This document shows, piece by piece, positions 47,319 to 57,126 of a stretch of DNA of 64,000 nucleotides (the first letter of the stretch is position 1; each line of letters begins with the position of its first letter). The notes beneath the pieces are model-generated. The model saw nothing but the letters and a program-made list of their open reading frames with translations, ran no database searches and had not been told where the DNA came from. Position numbers and translations under genes: made by a program. The stretch is from contig CAXXGJ010000002.1 of the NCBI GenBank assembly GCA_963677895.2, forward strand, positions 256,001 to 320,000. Direction: 5' to 3'. The stretch is from Treponemataceae bacterium. GTDB lineage: Bacteria; Spirochaetota; Spirochaetia; Treponematales; Rectinemataceae.

Positions 47319-48569
47319 TTATTTCTTGATCAGCCTCAGGAGCATGTCGTACACCTGCTGTCCGCCGGCGGCCGGGCCGATCTGGCCGAAGGCCACTTTC
47401 TGGTAGATGAGATAGAGCGTGCTGTTCAGCTCGGTGTCGTTGGGCAGATGGGCCGTTTCCTTGGACGAATGCGGTCCGGCGCTCTTCAGGTATTCTACTA
47501 CCTTCTGGTCGTTGATATCGGCCAGGCCGGCGGCTCGCGCCGTCGCCGAGGCTGAGGCGCCGCGGTCGTTGCCGAGCACCTTCGCGGCTTCGGGGCTGTT
47601 GACAAGGAAGTTGATGAACTTGACCGTCGTCTCGGGATTCTTGGAATCCTTGTTGACGGTGTAGAACTGGCTCGGGGCCTGCCACAGGGCCTTGGTGGCC
47701 GCGGCGCCCGGGAATTCCATGAGCTGGAGTTCGTCTTTCGTGGCGGCCTGATAGCCCGAGAGTCCGTTCGTGAAAATGTAGCCGATCGCCACCTTGCCGG
47801 CGATGATGGCCGATGTGTCGGCGTTCGTCTCGGCGAAGCCGGCGGCGATGTCGGCGGGCGGGATCAGCCCGTTGTCGCGGTAGTCCTTGAACAGCTCGAG
47901 ATATTTCTGCGCGTCCTGAGCCCTGACCGCCGTCGTGTTGCTGACCGCGTCATAGATCGGCGTGCCGTTGTAGCGTGCCCAATAGCTGAAGGGTGTGGAG
48001 TTGGAAGACATGGCGCCGATATCCTGCATCGGATAGACGCCGGCGGGAAGCTTCGCCTTGAGGGCCACGAGATAGGCGCGGAACTCAGCGTAGGTCATGG
48101 AGATTTTGGGCAGGGGAGCGCCGATCCTCTGGAGCAGGGATTTGTTGTAGACAAGGGCCGGCATGGTGACGCCGGTGGAGACGCCGTACAGGTGCCCGTC
48201 GATGGTGCCCGACTCTATGGCGCTCGGATCGATGACCGAGGCGTTGAGGATGCCGCCGACATATTTATCCAGCGGCAGGAGTACGCCTTTCTTGACATAA
48301 TCGTTTATGTTGCCGCCCATCTGGATGATGTCGGGACCGCTTCCTCCGGCTATCTGCGTATCGACCTTCGTGAAGTGATCGCCGGCTCCTCCCGATACTT
48401 CCGGGTTCACCGCGACGCCCGTGGCCGCCTTGAAGAGGTTTATCGCTTCCTGGCTTCTCTGTATACGGGCCGCGCTGCCCCAATAGGCCCAGCGGAGCGT
48501 GGTTGCCTGCGCGAAAACCATCGCCGTACCCATCATTAGGATTAAAAATGCCACGCCAATTTTCTTCAT
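47319..48569 (-). CDS. Carbohydrate ABC transporter substrate-binding protein
   Basis: Signal ..VFAQ, YWG, GSGPDIIQ, YNKSL. Confidence 0.9.
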   Translation of the reverse strand: MKKIGVAFLILMMGTAMVFAQATTLRWAYWGSAARIQRSQEAINLFKAATGVAVNPEVSGGAGDHFTKVDTQIAGGSGPDIIQMGGNINDYVKKGVLLPLDKYVGGILNASVIDPSAIESGTIDGHLYGVSTGVTMPALVYNKSLLQRIGAPLPKISMTYAEFRAYLVALKAKLPAGVYPMQDIGAMSSNSTPFSYWARYNGTPIYDAVSNTTAVRAQDAQKYLELFKDYRDNGLIPPADIAAGFAETNADTSAIIAGKVAIGYIFTNGLSGYQAATKDELQLMEFPGAAATKALWQAPSQFYTVNKDSKNPETTVKFINFLVNSPEAAKVLGNDRGASASATARAAGLADINDQKVVEYLKSAGPHSSKETAHLPNDTELNSTLYLIYQKVAFGQIGPAAGGQQVYDMLLRLIKK

Positions 48570-48600
48570 TTCGAACCTCCTGTATAAATCGGGGATGCGA

Positions 48601-49449
48601 TCATCCCTTGATACCCGTTGTGGCGATTCCCTGCACGAAATATTTCTGCAGCGCGAAAAAGAGGACGAGGCAGGGAACGAGGGAAAGGACGGACATGGCG
48701 AACATCGGTCCCCAGGACGACATACCCGAAGCGTCCAGGAAGAGTCTCAGGCCCATGGGAACCGTATATTTCGATGGCGAGTTCAGGTAGAGCAGCTGAT
48801 TGAAAAAATCGTCCCAGGTCCACAGAAAGGTGAAAAGCACGGTGGTGATGAGGGCCGGCATGGTGAGGGGCATGACGATTTTCGTGTAGATGCCCAATTT
48901 GCCGCAGCCGTCGATCAGCGCTGATTCGTCCAACTCCTTGGGCAGGCTGCGCATGAACTGCACGAGCAGGAAGATGAAGAACGCGTCGGTCGCGAAAAAC
49001 TTCGGCACTATCAGGGGCAGGTACGTGTCGATCCAGCCGAAGGAGCGGAAAATTATGTACCGGGGAATGGTCGTGACATGGGAAGGCAGCATCAGGGTCA
49101 CCATCATCACGGTGAACCAGAATTTCTTGCCCGCGAAGCGCAGGCGGGAGAAGGCGTAGGCGGTAAGGGAGCAGAAAATGACGTTGCCCACGACGCAGAG
49201 CGCGCAGATGAGAAAGGAGTTCTTGAAGAAGCTGCCGAAACCGACGATGCCGATTCCTTTCCAGCCTTGGACATAGTTTTGCAGCGTGAAGGTTCTGGGC
49301 AGCAGCCTCGGATCGCCGAAGATCGCGTTGCTTTCCTTGAAGGACGCGGCGATGAGCCAGACGATCGGATAGAGCATCGCCGCGCCCAGGACGATGATGA
49401 AGAGGTTGGCGATGCCCGAGCTCACCAGCCTTGAGGTCCGGCGCCTCAT
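48601..49449 (-). CDS. Carbohydrate ABC transporter permease
   Basis: ASFKE, ESALIDGC, WDDF, QGIATTGIKG. Confidence 0.9.
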   Translation of the reverse strand: MRRRTSRLVSSGIANLFIIVLGAAMLYPIVWLIAASFKESNAIFGDPRLLPRTFTLQNYVQGWKGIGIVGFGSFFKNSFLICALCVVGNVIFCSLTAYAFSRLRFAGKKFWFTVMMVTLMLPSHVTTIPRYIIFRSFGWIDTYLPLIVPKFFATDAFFIFLLVQFMRSLPKELDESALIDGCGKLGIYTKIVMPLTMPALITTVLFTFLWTWDDFFNQLLYLNSPSKYTVPMGLRLFLDASGMSSWGPMFAMSVLSLVPCLVLFFALQKYFVQGIATTGIKG

Positions 49450-50372
49450 TCTCCGCTCCCGTAATTGACCAGCGAGCCCGACGCCCGGAAAGCCAGGGCG
49501 GTCAGGACGGCTATGATGACGAGGAGAACCCAGGCCATGGCCGAGGCATAGCCCATCTCGGAGAAGCCGAATCCTTTCAGATAGAGGTAGAGGCTGTAGA
49601 ACATGGTGGAATCCAGCGGCCCGCCCTGTCCTCCCGATACGATGTAGGCCTGGGTAAAGGACTGGAAGGCGCTGATCATCTGCATCACCAGATTGAAGAA
49701 GATGATGGGCGAGAGGCTGGGCAGGGTGATGGCGAAGAACTGCCTCGCCTTTCCCGCGCCGTCCACGCTCGATGCTTCGTAGTATTCCTGGGGAATCTGC
49801 TTGAGTCCCGCGAAGAAGATGATCATGGGCGATCCGAACTGCCAGACCGCGAGCAGCATCAGGGTATAGAGGGCGTATTTGGGGTTGGAAATCCACGCGG
49901 GAGGATTGAGGCCGAAGAGTCCGCGGAGCAGGGTGTTCAGCACGCCGTCGCCGGCGAAGAGCCTTCGCCAGAGCACCGCGATCGCCACCGATCCGCCGAG
50001 GAGGGTGGGGATATAGTAGAGCATCCGGTAAAAGGAAATCAGCTTCAGTTTCCTGTTCATCAACATGGCGATGGCCAGGGCGAAGGCCAATTTCAGGGGC
50101 ACCGAGATGAAGACGAAGCGGAAGGTGACGGAGAGCGAGTTGAGGAAGCGCTCGTCCCTTGGGTACTCGGCGTTTCCCGCGAACATGATGAAATAGTTTC
50201 TCAGGCCTATCCATTTGGGAGGCTGCAGTATGTTGAACTGGGTAAAGGAAAGGTACAGTGAATAGATCATCGGGTAGAGGGTCAGCACGAAAAAACCGAG
50301 CAGCCAGGGAATGAGAAAAGCATAGGATGAGAGGTTTTCCCGCAGCGCCTTTTTCCTGGCTTTTCCGTTCAT
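49446..50372 (-). CDS. Carbohydrate ABC transporter permease
   Basis: PWLLGF, WIGLRNY, YEASSVDGA, MGYASAMAW. Confidence 0.9.
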   Translation of the reverse strand: MNGKARKKALRENLSSYAFLIPWLLGFFVLTLYPMIYSLYLSFTQFNILQPPKWIGLRNYFIMFAGNAEYPRDERFLNSLSVTFRFVFISVPLKLAFALAIAMLMNRKLKLISFYRMLYYIPTLLGGSVAIAVLWRRLFAGDGVLNTLLRGLFGLNPPAWISNPKYALYTLMLLAVWQFGSPMIIFFAGLKQIPQEYYEASSVDGAGKARQFFAITLPSLSPIIFFNLVMQMISAFQSFTQAYIVSGGQGGPLDSTMFYSLYLYLKGFGFSEMGYASAMAWVLLVIIAVLTALAFRASGSLVNYGSGE

Positions 50373-50582
50373 GACACCTCGCCGACAGGCATGGGCAGTT
50401 GCGCCTTCGCGGCATTTAATGGTGAGTCGCGATTTTTGAATTGTCAATGAGACAGTTATTGACATTTTTTGCCAGTAATTGATTTTCGCGCCTCCGACTG
50501 CGCCCGCGGCGGGGCGCGGATTGGCCGCAGGTTCCGGAGATGCGGCGAAAAATCCGTGGTACAATGGGGGCAAGGAGCCGTC

Positions 50583-51470
50583 ATGATTCGATCACCCCAT
50601 CTGCGCGATCCTTTTGTCCTGGCGCGGCCCGCGGAGGGCAGGTACTACCTTTTCGGATCGACCGACGAGGATATCTGGAAGGGACCGGGCATGGGTTTCG
50701 ATGTCTATGTGGGCGCTGACCTCGAATCCTGGGAGGGGCCAGTCCCCGCCTATAGGCCCGAGCCCGGTTTTTGGGGCAAGGAAAATTTCTGGGCGCCAGA
50801 GGTGCGCGAATACGGGGGCGCCTTCTACATGTTCGCCAGTTTCAATGCGCAAGGCCGAAAGCGGGCGACCCAGATTCTCCGGGCCGAAAAGCCCATAGGC
50901 CCTTACCGGATCCATTCGCCCGAGCCGGTGACGCCGTCCGAGTGGGAATGCCTCGACGGCAGCCTTTTTGTGGATGCCGCGGGGAATCCCTGGATCGTGT
51001 TCTGCCACGAGTGGGTGCAGGTTGTGGACGGGGAGATCTGCGCCCAGAGACTCAGCCCGGACCTGACAAAGGCGATAGGCGAGCCCGCGCTCCTTTTCCG
51101 GGCATCCGAGGCTGGCTGGTCGCGCCCTCCCCGCCGAAAAGACGGTTCCATGAACCCCCTCTCGCGGGTGACCGACGGACCCTTCGTGCACAAGCTCGCC
51201 ACGGGCGGCCTTGTCATGCTCTGGTCTTCCATCGCAGAGAAAGGCTATGCCATGGGCTGGGCATTTTCTAAGGATGGGATACTTGGTCCCTGGATACAGT
51301 CAGAGAAACCCATCATCGATACCGACGGCGGACACGGCATGCTGTTCAGGGACTTCGAGGGCGCTCTCTGCCTCACCTATCATTCTCCCAACGATACGCC
51401 CAACGAGCGCTTCAGATACCGGAGGGTCGTCGAAACCGTTAATGGGCTGAAGCTCGCCGACGGGGGATGA
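50583..51470 (+). CDS. Glycoside hydrolase family 43 (five-bladed beta-propeller)
   Basis: RDPF, FWAPEV, CLDGSL, VTDGP, GGHGM. Confidence 0.88.
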   Translation: MIRSPHLRDPFVLARPAEGRYYLFGSTDEDIWKGPGMGFDVYVGADLESWEGPVPAYRPEPGFWGKENFWAPEVREYGGAFYMFASFNAQGRKRATQILRAEKPIGPYRIHSPEPVTPSEWECLDGSLFVDAAGNPWIVFCHEWVQVVDGEICAQRLSPDLTKAIGEPALLFRASEAGWSRPPRRKDGSMNPLSRVTDGPFVHKLATGGLVMLWSSIAEKGYAMGWAFSKDGILGPWIQSEKPIIDTDGGHGMLFRDFEGALCLTYHSPNDTPNERFRYRRVVETVNGLKLADGG

Positions 51471-51474
51471 GGAT

Positions 51475-53604
51475 ATGTCTATAGACCGCAAGGCTCTGGT
51501 TTCCCGTCATGACCCGGTACTCACAGGCCTGGATCCCTTCTCGCCCCTTTCTGTGGGCAACGGCGAATTCGCCTTCAGCGCCGACGCGACGGGGCTGAAG
51601 TCCTTCGCGACGATACCCGAAGGGGCGACGCCTCTCTGCACCATGGCTCAATGGGGCTGGCACTCCTACGCCCTCGCGCCGGGGGAAATCCGGGACCGCG
51701 AGCGCCTTCGCCTCGAGGAATTCGACTCGGAGGGGCGCAGTGTGGGTTACATGACGGCCTCGTCGGGCCAGGAAGAGCTCTTCACCTCGCTGCGGATCAA
51801 CCCCCATCGCCTGAATCTGGCCAGACTGGGATTCGCCGGATTGCTTCCCTCCGGGATCGGAGCTGTTTCCCAGCGCCTTAGCCTGTGGGAGGGCCTTCTC
51901 CGGAGCGAATTCACCTATCGTGGCGAGATCGTGAAGGTGATGACGGCGGTCCATCCCGCCCGCGATGTTCTTTCCTTCAGGGTTGAGTCGCGCGGATTGA
52001 GATCCGGAGCGCTGACGTTCCGGCTCGATTTTCCTTATGGATCCCATGAAATAGGCGCTTCGGATTGGGGAGCACCGGAAAAGCACTTCACCGAAGCGAT
52101 GACTGGAAAGGGCGGGGCCCTGCTTTTCCGGCGCGTTCTGGACAAAGACCGCTATTTCGTCGCTGTCCGGCTGGGACCGGATACTACGATGGAAAGGACA
52201 AGCGCGCATGAGTTTATCCTGCGCTCGTCGGGAGAGGCTCTGGAAGCATCCCTCGAGTTTTCGCCCGGCGAAATAGCCGATATGCCGCCCTCCTGGGGTG
52301 AATGTCGTTCGGCTTCTTCCCAGCATTGGGCGCGGTTCTGGGAAGGCGGCGGGGCTGTCGAACTGGCGGAAAGCGCCGATCCGAGGGCTTTCGAGCTGGA
52401 GCGGAGGATAGTCCTGTCCCGGTACCTGACGGCCATCCAATGCTCGGGCAGCCTTCCTCCCCAGGAGACGGGCCTCACCTGCAATTCCTGGTACGGCAAG
52501 TTCCATCTCGAGATGCACTACTGGCATGCCGCGCATTTTGTTCAATGGGGGAATCCCGAGCTCCTCGAGCGCAGTCTGGGCTGGTATCGAAGCGTCCTGG
52601 ATGGCGCGCGGAAGCGGGCGGCTTCCCAAGGCTACAAGGGAGCCCGTTGGCCCAAGATGACCGATCCCGGCGGCGAGGACAGCCCCTCGGCCATCGGCCC
52701 TCTGCTCTGCTGGCAGCAGCCCCATCCGATAATGTACGCGGAGCTCCTGCGGCGTTCCGGGGCCGGGCGCGAAATCCTCGAGCTTTGCGCCGAGCTGGTC
52801 TTCGAGACGGCCGAATTCATGGCCGACTACGCCCGCCCCGAGGCGCGCCTAGAGGCGCACTCCGATGGCGGGGACCGGCGCTATGTCCTGGGACCTCCCC
52901 TGATTCCCGCGCAGGAGTCCCACGCGCCCTTGGATACTCTGAACCCCACCTTCGAGCTGGAATACTGGCGCTGGGGCCTGGAGACGGCCCTCGCCTGGGC
53001 TGATGAGAGTAGCGGTCACCCCTCGCGGCGCGGCGCCTGGGCGGTCGCCGCGAGACGCTGGAAGGCTGTCCTTGCCGGGCTCGCGCACTTGCCGGTAGGT
53101 TTAAGCTCAGGCTCAGACGCTGTCTCGGACCCGGGAGCCCGCCCTGTCTACCTCGCCCATGAAAACTGCCCCGATACCTTCACGCGCTTCAACATCGACC
53201 ACCCATCCATGCTTTTCGCCCTGGGAATGTTGCCCGGCCGGTCGGTGGACAGGGCAACGATGTCGTCCACGTATGATGAGGTGCTGAGGCGCTGGGATTT
53301 CGAAACCTGCTGGGGCTGGGATTTTCCCGCCATGGCCATGACGGCGGCGAGGCTGGGACGGCCCAAGGACGCCGTGGACATCCTTCTCATGGATACGCCT
53401 AAGAATACCTGGCGCCCCAATGGCCACAACGCGCAAGGCAAAGACGCGCGCCTTCCCCTCTATCTCCCTGGCAACGGCGCCCTTCTCCTCGCGGTCGGCC
53501 TGATGGCCGCGGGTTGGGATGGCTCGGGCGACAAGCCCGCGCCGGGCTTTCCCGACGACGGGTCGTGGAAGGTCAGCGTCGAGGGGATCGCGAGGCTTCC
53601 ATAA
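51475..53604 (+). CDS. (alpha/alpha)6-barrel glycoside hydrolase, GH65/GH95-like
   Basis: LSVGNG, WYGKFHLEM, GARWPKM, WQQPHP, WGWDFP, YLPGNG. Confidence 0.7.
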   Translation: MSIDRKALVSRHDPVLTGLDPFSPLSVGNGEFAFSADATGLKSFATIPEGATPLCTMAQWGWHSYALAPGEIRDRERLRLEEFDSEGRSVGYMTASSGQEELFTSLRINPHRLNLARLGFAGLLPSGIGAVSQRLSLWEGLLRSEFTYRGEIVKVMTAVHPARDVLSFRVESRGLRSGALTFRLDFPYGSHEIGASDWGAPEKHFTEAMTGKGGALLFRRVLDKDRYFVAVRLGPDTTMERTSAHEFILRSSGEALEASLEFSPGEIADMPPSWGECRSASSQHWARFWEGGGAVELAESADPRAFELERRIVLSRYLTAIQCSGSLPPQETGLTCNSWYGKFHLEMHYWHAAHFVQWGNPELLERSLGWYRSVLDGARKRAASQGYKGARWPKMTDPGGEDSPSAIGPLLCWQQPHPIMYAELLRRSGAGREILELCAELVFETAEFMADYARPEARLEAHSDGGDRRYVLGPPLIPAQESHAPLDTLNPTFELEYWRWGLETALAWADESSGHPSRRGAWAVAARRWKAVLAGLAHLPVGLSSGSDAVSDPGARPVYLAHENCPDTFTRFNIDHPSMLFALGMLPGRSVDRATMSSTYDEVLRRWDFETCWGWDFPAMAMTAARLGRPKDAVDILLMDTPKNTWRPNGHNAQGKDARLPLYLPGNGALLLAVGLMAAGWDGSGDKPAPGFPDDGSWKVSVEGIARLP

Positions 53605-53673
53605 CAGCGCGGCTTCCATAACCGCGAAGTTTTTAGGCTCGGCCTCACCGCGACATTCGGCATTGTCCTCAAT

Positions 53674-55047
53674 CTATCGGATCTGCTTTCCTCCGACCCA
53701 TACCGACGCGATGTTGGGCCGGGTCGTGGTGTAGACGATCTTCTGCAGTATTTTTTCGCCCGTGTCGAGATCGTCCCAGAGCCGGATCGAGCCCTCAGGC
53801 GCCCTTGTGTCCACGGCGATGGCGTCGAAGTGGAAGCCGGGGGTAAAGTTGCCTATCGGAAGATCGAGGGCGATGCCGCCTCCTGTCGTCGCGATGTAGA
53901 AGGCGTCGCGGAAATCGACCCTGCTGAAGGGCCGGCCGCGTCGTTCCTCCGGCGGGAACCTCGCGTCGTTGCCTGTCTCGAGCATGCGGGAGGCGGCGAT
54001 CGACTCCCGCATCGCCTCGAACATGGAGCTGGACGGCCCGCCCGAGACGTCGGTGCCGAGGGCCACATGCAAGCCACGCTCAAGGGCCGCGCGCAGCGGA
54101 AACACGGCGCTCGAGAAGTAGGCGTTCGACAGGGGGCAGTGCGAGACCGCCGATCCGCGGGCCTTGAAAATGTCCATGTCGCCCGAGGTGAGGTGGGGGG
54201 CGTGGCCGAGCACGCTCTTACGGCCGAGGAAGCCGAAGCTGTCCAGGGTCTCCGTTCCCGTCATGCCGAAACGCTCGATCACGAAACGATGTTCCCAATC
54301 GCCCTCCGAGCAGTGCGTCTGCACATGACAGCCGAGCTCCTTCGCCAGGGCTCCCAGGCCCTTCAGGGAAGCGTCCGTACAGGAGGGGATGAATCGCGGC
54401 GACACCACGGCTAGGACCCTTCCCTCGGCGTTGTCGGGATTCGCCTTTACATAGTCGAAGAGGTCGGCCGTCCCACGGATGGCCTCGTCCGCTGAGGCGT
54501 CCCGATAGTAGTCGGGGCACTGCTCCCTGTGGTCCATCGCGACCTTCCCGACGAGAGCCCTCTGCCCTTTTTCCAGACAAATATCCGCGAGAATCCTGGT
54601 GGCGTCCTGGTGGATCGTGGCGTAGTAGAGGGCCGTCGTCGTGCCGATGGCGATGAGGTCGTCGACGAGAAGGGAATAGGTCGCCCGCGCGAAGGCTATG
54701 TCCGCGTAGCGGGCTTCGAGGGGGAAAGTGTACTTGTTCAGCCATACCTCAAGGGGTACGTCAAGGGCTTGTCCGAGCTGCGGGTACTGGGGGGCGTGCA
54801 CATGGGTATCGATAAGCCCGGGCAGGAGGTAAGTCCCTTCGGGAAGCCTGACGAGGGTCCCGCCATCCTGGGCCGATCGCCGCCTCGCTTCGTAGCCGGG
54901 ATCGCCCGGCCTGAGGAGAGATTCGATCATGCCGTCCTTGTCGATCGCGATGAGCGCGTCAGCGAACACGTCGACGGCCTCGCGGCGCGGCATGTGGAAG
55001 CCGTTCGCCAGGATCGTCTTGCCTCTCAGGTGATTCATGGAAGTCAT
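53674..55047 (-). CDS. guaD: Guanine deaminase
   Basis: PGLIDTHVHAPQY, WLNKYTFPLE, SPRF, QTHCSE, HCPLSN, LGTDVSGG. Confidence 0.93.
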   Translation of the reverse strand: MTSMNHLRGKTILANGFHMPRREAVDVFADALIAIDKDGMIESLLRPGDPGYEARRRSAQDGGTLVRLPEGTYLLPGLIDTHVHAPQYPQLGQALDVPLEVWLNKYTFPLEARYADIAFARATYSLLVDDLIAIGTTTALYYATIHQDATRILADICLEKGQRALVGKVAMDHREQCPDYYRDASADEAIRGTADLFDYVKANPDNAEGRVLAVVSPRFIPSCTDASLKGLGALAKELGCHVQTHCSEGDWEHRFVIERFGMTGTETLDSFGFLGRKSVLGHAPHLTSGDMDIFKARGSAVSHCPLSNAYFSSAVFPLRAALERGLHVALGTDVSGGPSSSMFEAMRESIAASRMLETGNDARFPPEERRGRPFSRVDFRDAFYIATTGGGIALDLPIGNFTPGFHFDAIAVDTRAPEGSIRLWDDLDTGEKILQKIVYTTTRPNIASVWVGGKQIR

Positions 55048-55069
55048 GGTACGCCTCCGATTCGGCCCG

Positions 55070-56083
55070 TTATTGTCGTTCCCGGACAAGGCCATGCCGG
55101 TCAAAGTCTCGCGCCTTCGCCGCGCGATGGCAGGCCACGCGATGGCCCGGCGCCACTTCAACCAGCCCCGGCTCTTCGGCCTCGCAGTTAACCCCAACCA
55201 CGGGGCAGCGCGTGTGGAACCTGCAGCCATTCGGCGGATTCGACGCCGAGGGCAGGCTTCCTGAAAGGATTATCCTGGCCGTTTCCCGCCTGGGATGGTC
55301 CCTCGGAACGGACGAAAGCAGGGCCTGCGAGTAGGGATGCAGGGGTCCGGCGAAGAATCGCGCCGTGTCGGTTTCCTCGACGAGCTTGCCGAGATACATC
55401 ACCGCTATCCTGTCAGTCACGGTGCGCACCACCGCGAGATCGTGCGAAATGAAGAGATAGGTGAGGGAATACTCGGCCTGCAGGTCCTGGAGGAGGTTCA
55501 GGATCTGGGCCTGGATGCTCACGTCCAGGGCGCTCACGGGCTCATCGGCGACGATGAAGCGGGGTTTCGTCACGAGAGCTCGCGCGATGACGATCCTCTG
55601 TCGCTGGCCTCCCGAGAACTCGCTGGGGAAGCGGCGCGCCGAGCCTTCGGGGATCCCGCAGCGGTCAAGGATCTTCCGCGCCTGGGCAGCCGCCTCCGCC
55701 CCGGAAGCGAGGTGGTGCACGATGAGGGGCTCGGCGACGATGTCCTGGACGCGCATGCGCGGGTTCAGCGAGCTGTAGGGGTCCTGGAAGATCATCTGCA
55801 TCTCGCGCCTCATGGACCGCATCTCGACGCGGGAAGCGGCCATCACGTCGCGGCCGCCGAAACGGATCGTTCCGCCCGTAGGCTCGACGAGACGGAGGAT
55901 GGAGCGCCCCGTCGTCGACTTGCCGCAGCCCGACTCCCCGACGAGAGCGTAGCTTTCCCCGGAGGCTATCGAGAAACTGACGCCGTCCACGGCGCGGACA
56001 TCAGGCCTTTTCTCGCCGAAGAGCTGGCGGTGGCCGCGGAAGTATGTGCGAAGATTCTCTATCTCGACGAGTGGCGCGCTCAT
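55070..56083 (-). CDS. Peptide/nickel-family ABC transporter ATP-binding protein (OppF-like)
   Basis: GESGCGKST, FSGGQRQR, ADEP, GCRFHTRCP. Confidence 0.92.
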   Translation of the reverse strand: MSAPLVEIENLRTYFRGHRQLFGEKRPDVRAVDGVSFSIASGESYALVGESGCGKSTTGRSILRLVEPTGGTIRFGGRDVMAASRVEMRSMRREMQMIFQDPYSSLNPRMRVQDIVAEPLIVHHLASGAEAAAQARKILDRCGIPEGSARRFPSEFSGGQRQRIVIARALVTKPRFIVADEPVSALDVSIQAQILNLLQDLQAEYSLTYLFISHDLAVVRTVTDRIAVMYLGKLVEETDTARFFAGPLHPYSQALLSSVPRDHPRRETARIILSGSLPSASNPPNGCRFHTRCPVVGVNCEAEEPGLVEVAPGHRVACHRAAKARDFDRHGLVRERQ

Positions 56084-57126
56084 GATTTCTCTCCATGGAG
56101 CCAGCAGGCGACCTCCTGGTCGGGCCCGAGGAAAGACCTGGCCGGCCGGGCGCGCGTACAGATGTCAAGGGCGCGGCCGCATCGAGGGTGGAAGGGGCAG
56201 CCCGCGGGGCGGGATTCCAGCGAAGGCACCTGCCCCGGAATGGCGCGCAGCCTCGAGCGCTCCCTGTCCAGCGCTGGCCGCGCCTCGAGCAGGGCCTGAG
56301 TGTAAGGATGGGCGGGCGCGTCGAAAAGCCGCTCCACTTCCGTGCGTTCCATGACTTGTCCGCCGTACATCACCATCACCTCGTCAGCGATCTCGGCGAT
56401 GACGCCGAGGTTGTGCGAGATGAAGAGCACGGCTATCCCCCGCTCTCGCTGGAGTTGCTTGAGCAGCTCCAGGATCTGGGCCTGGATGGTGACGTCGAGG
56501 GCCGTGGTCGGCTCGTCGGCTATCAGTAGCTCGGGATCCGGAGCCAGGGCCATGGCGATCATCGCCCGCTGCCGCATTCCGCCGGAGAACTGGAAGGGAT
56601 ATTCGTCGCAGGCCAAATCGGGCCGCGGGATGCCCACCGTGGCGAGCAGTTCCACCGCCCGCGCCCTGGCCTGTTTGGGGCCGAGCCCCGAGTGCTGGCG
56701 GACGCTCTCCGCGATCTGGTTCCCGATCGTGTAGAGGGGATCGAACGATGTCAGGGGCTCCTGGAATATCATGCCTATCCGGCGTCCGCGCACGCCGCGC
56801 AGCTCGCGTTCGGAAAGAGCGCACAGGTCCATGCCGCCCAGGAGCGCTTCCCCGGCCTCGATCCTGGCCTTACTCGGCAAAAGCCCCAGGAGGCTCAGCG
56901 CGAGCATGGACTTGCCCGAACCGGACTCGCCCACGATGCCGAGGACGGCCCCGCTCTCGAGGACGAAGCTTACATCGTCCACGGCGGGGAACGTCCCTCG
57001 GGCCGTGTCTATTACGGTCCGCAGGTTGCGCACCTCGAGGAGGGGCTTCGGCGACGCGCCGCTCACCAAGCCGCTCGCCGTGCCGCCCACCTTGCCGTTC
57101 ACCTTGCCGTTCACCTTGCCGCTCAT
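56080..57126 (-). CDS. Peptide/nickel-family ABC transporter ATP-binding protein (OppD-like)
   Basis: GESGSGKS, FSGGMRQR, ADEPTTALD, GCPFHPRC. Confidence 0.92.
   Translation of the reverse strand: MSGKVNGKVNGKVGGTASGLVSGASPKPLLEVRNLRTVIDTARGTFPAVDDVSFVLESGAVLGIVGESGSGKSMLALSLLGLLPSKARIEAGEALLGGMDLCALSERELRGVRGRRIGMIFQEPLTSFDPLYTIGNQIAESVRQHSGLGPKQARARAVELLATVGIPRPDLACDEYPFQFSGGMRQRAMIAMALAPDPELLIADEPTTALDVTIQAQILELLKQLQRERGIAVLFISHNLGVIAEIADEVMVMYGGQVMERTEVERLFDAPAHPYTQALLEARPALDRERSRLRAIPGQVPSLESRPAGCPFHPRCGRALDICTRARPARSFLGPDQEVACWLHGEKS
57088..57121 (-). repeat. 12-bp coding tandem repeat (GKVN, ~3 copies)
   Basis: caccttgccgtt units on the plus strand. Confidence 0.8.

Noticed and set aside
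49450..50415. 604-aa ORF suggesting a fused permease
   Set aside because: The N-terminal part is an off-frame read of the upstream permease. The true start is 49449.
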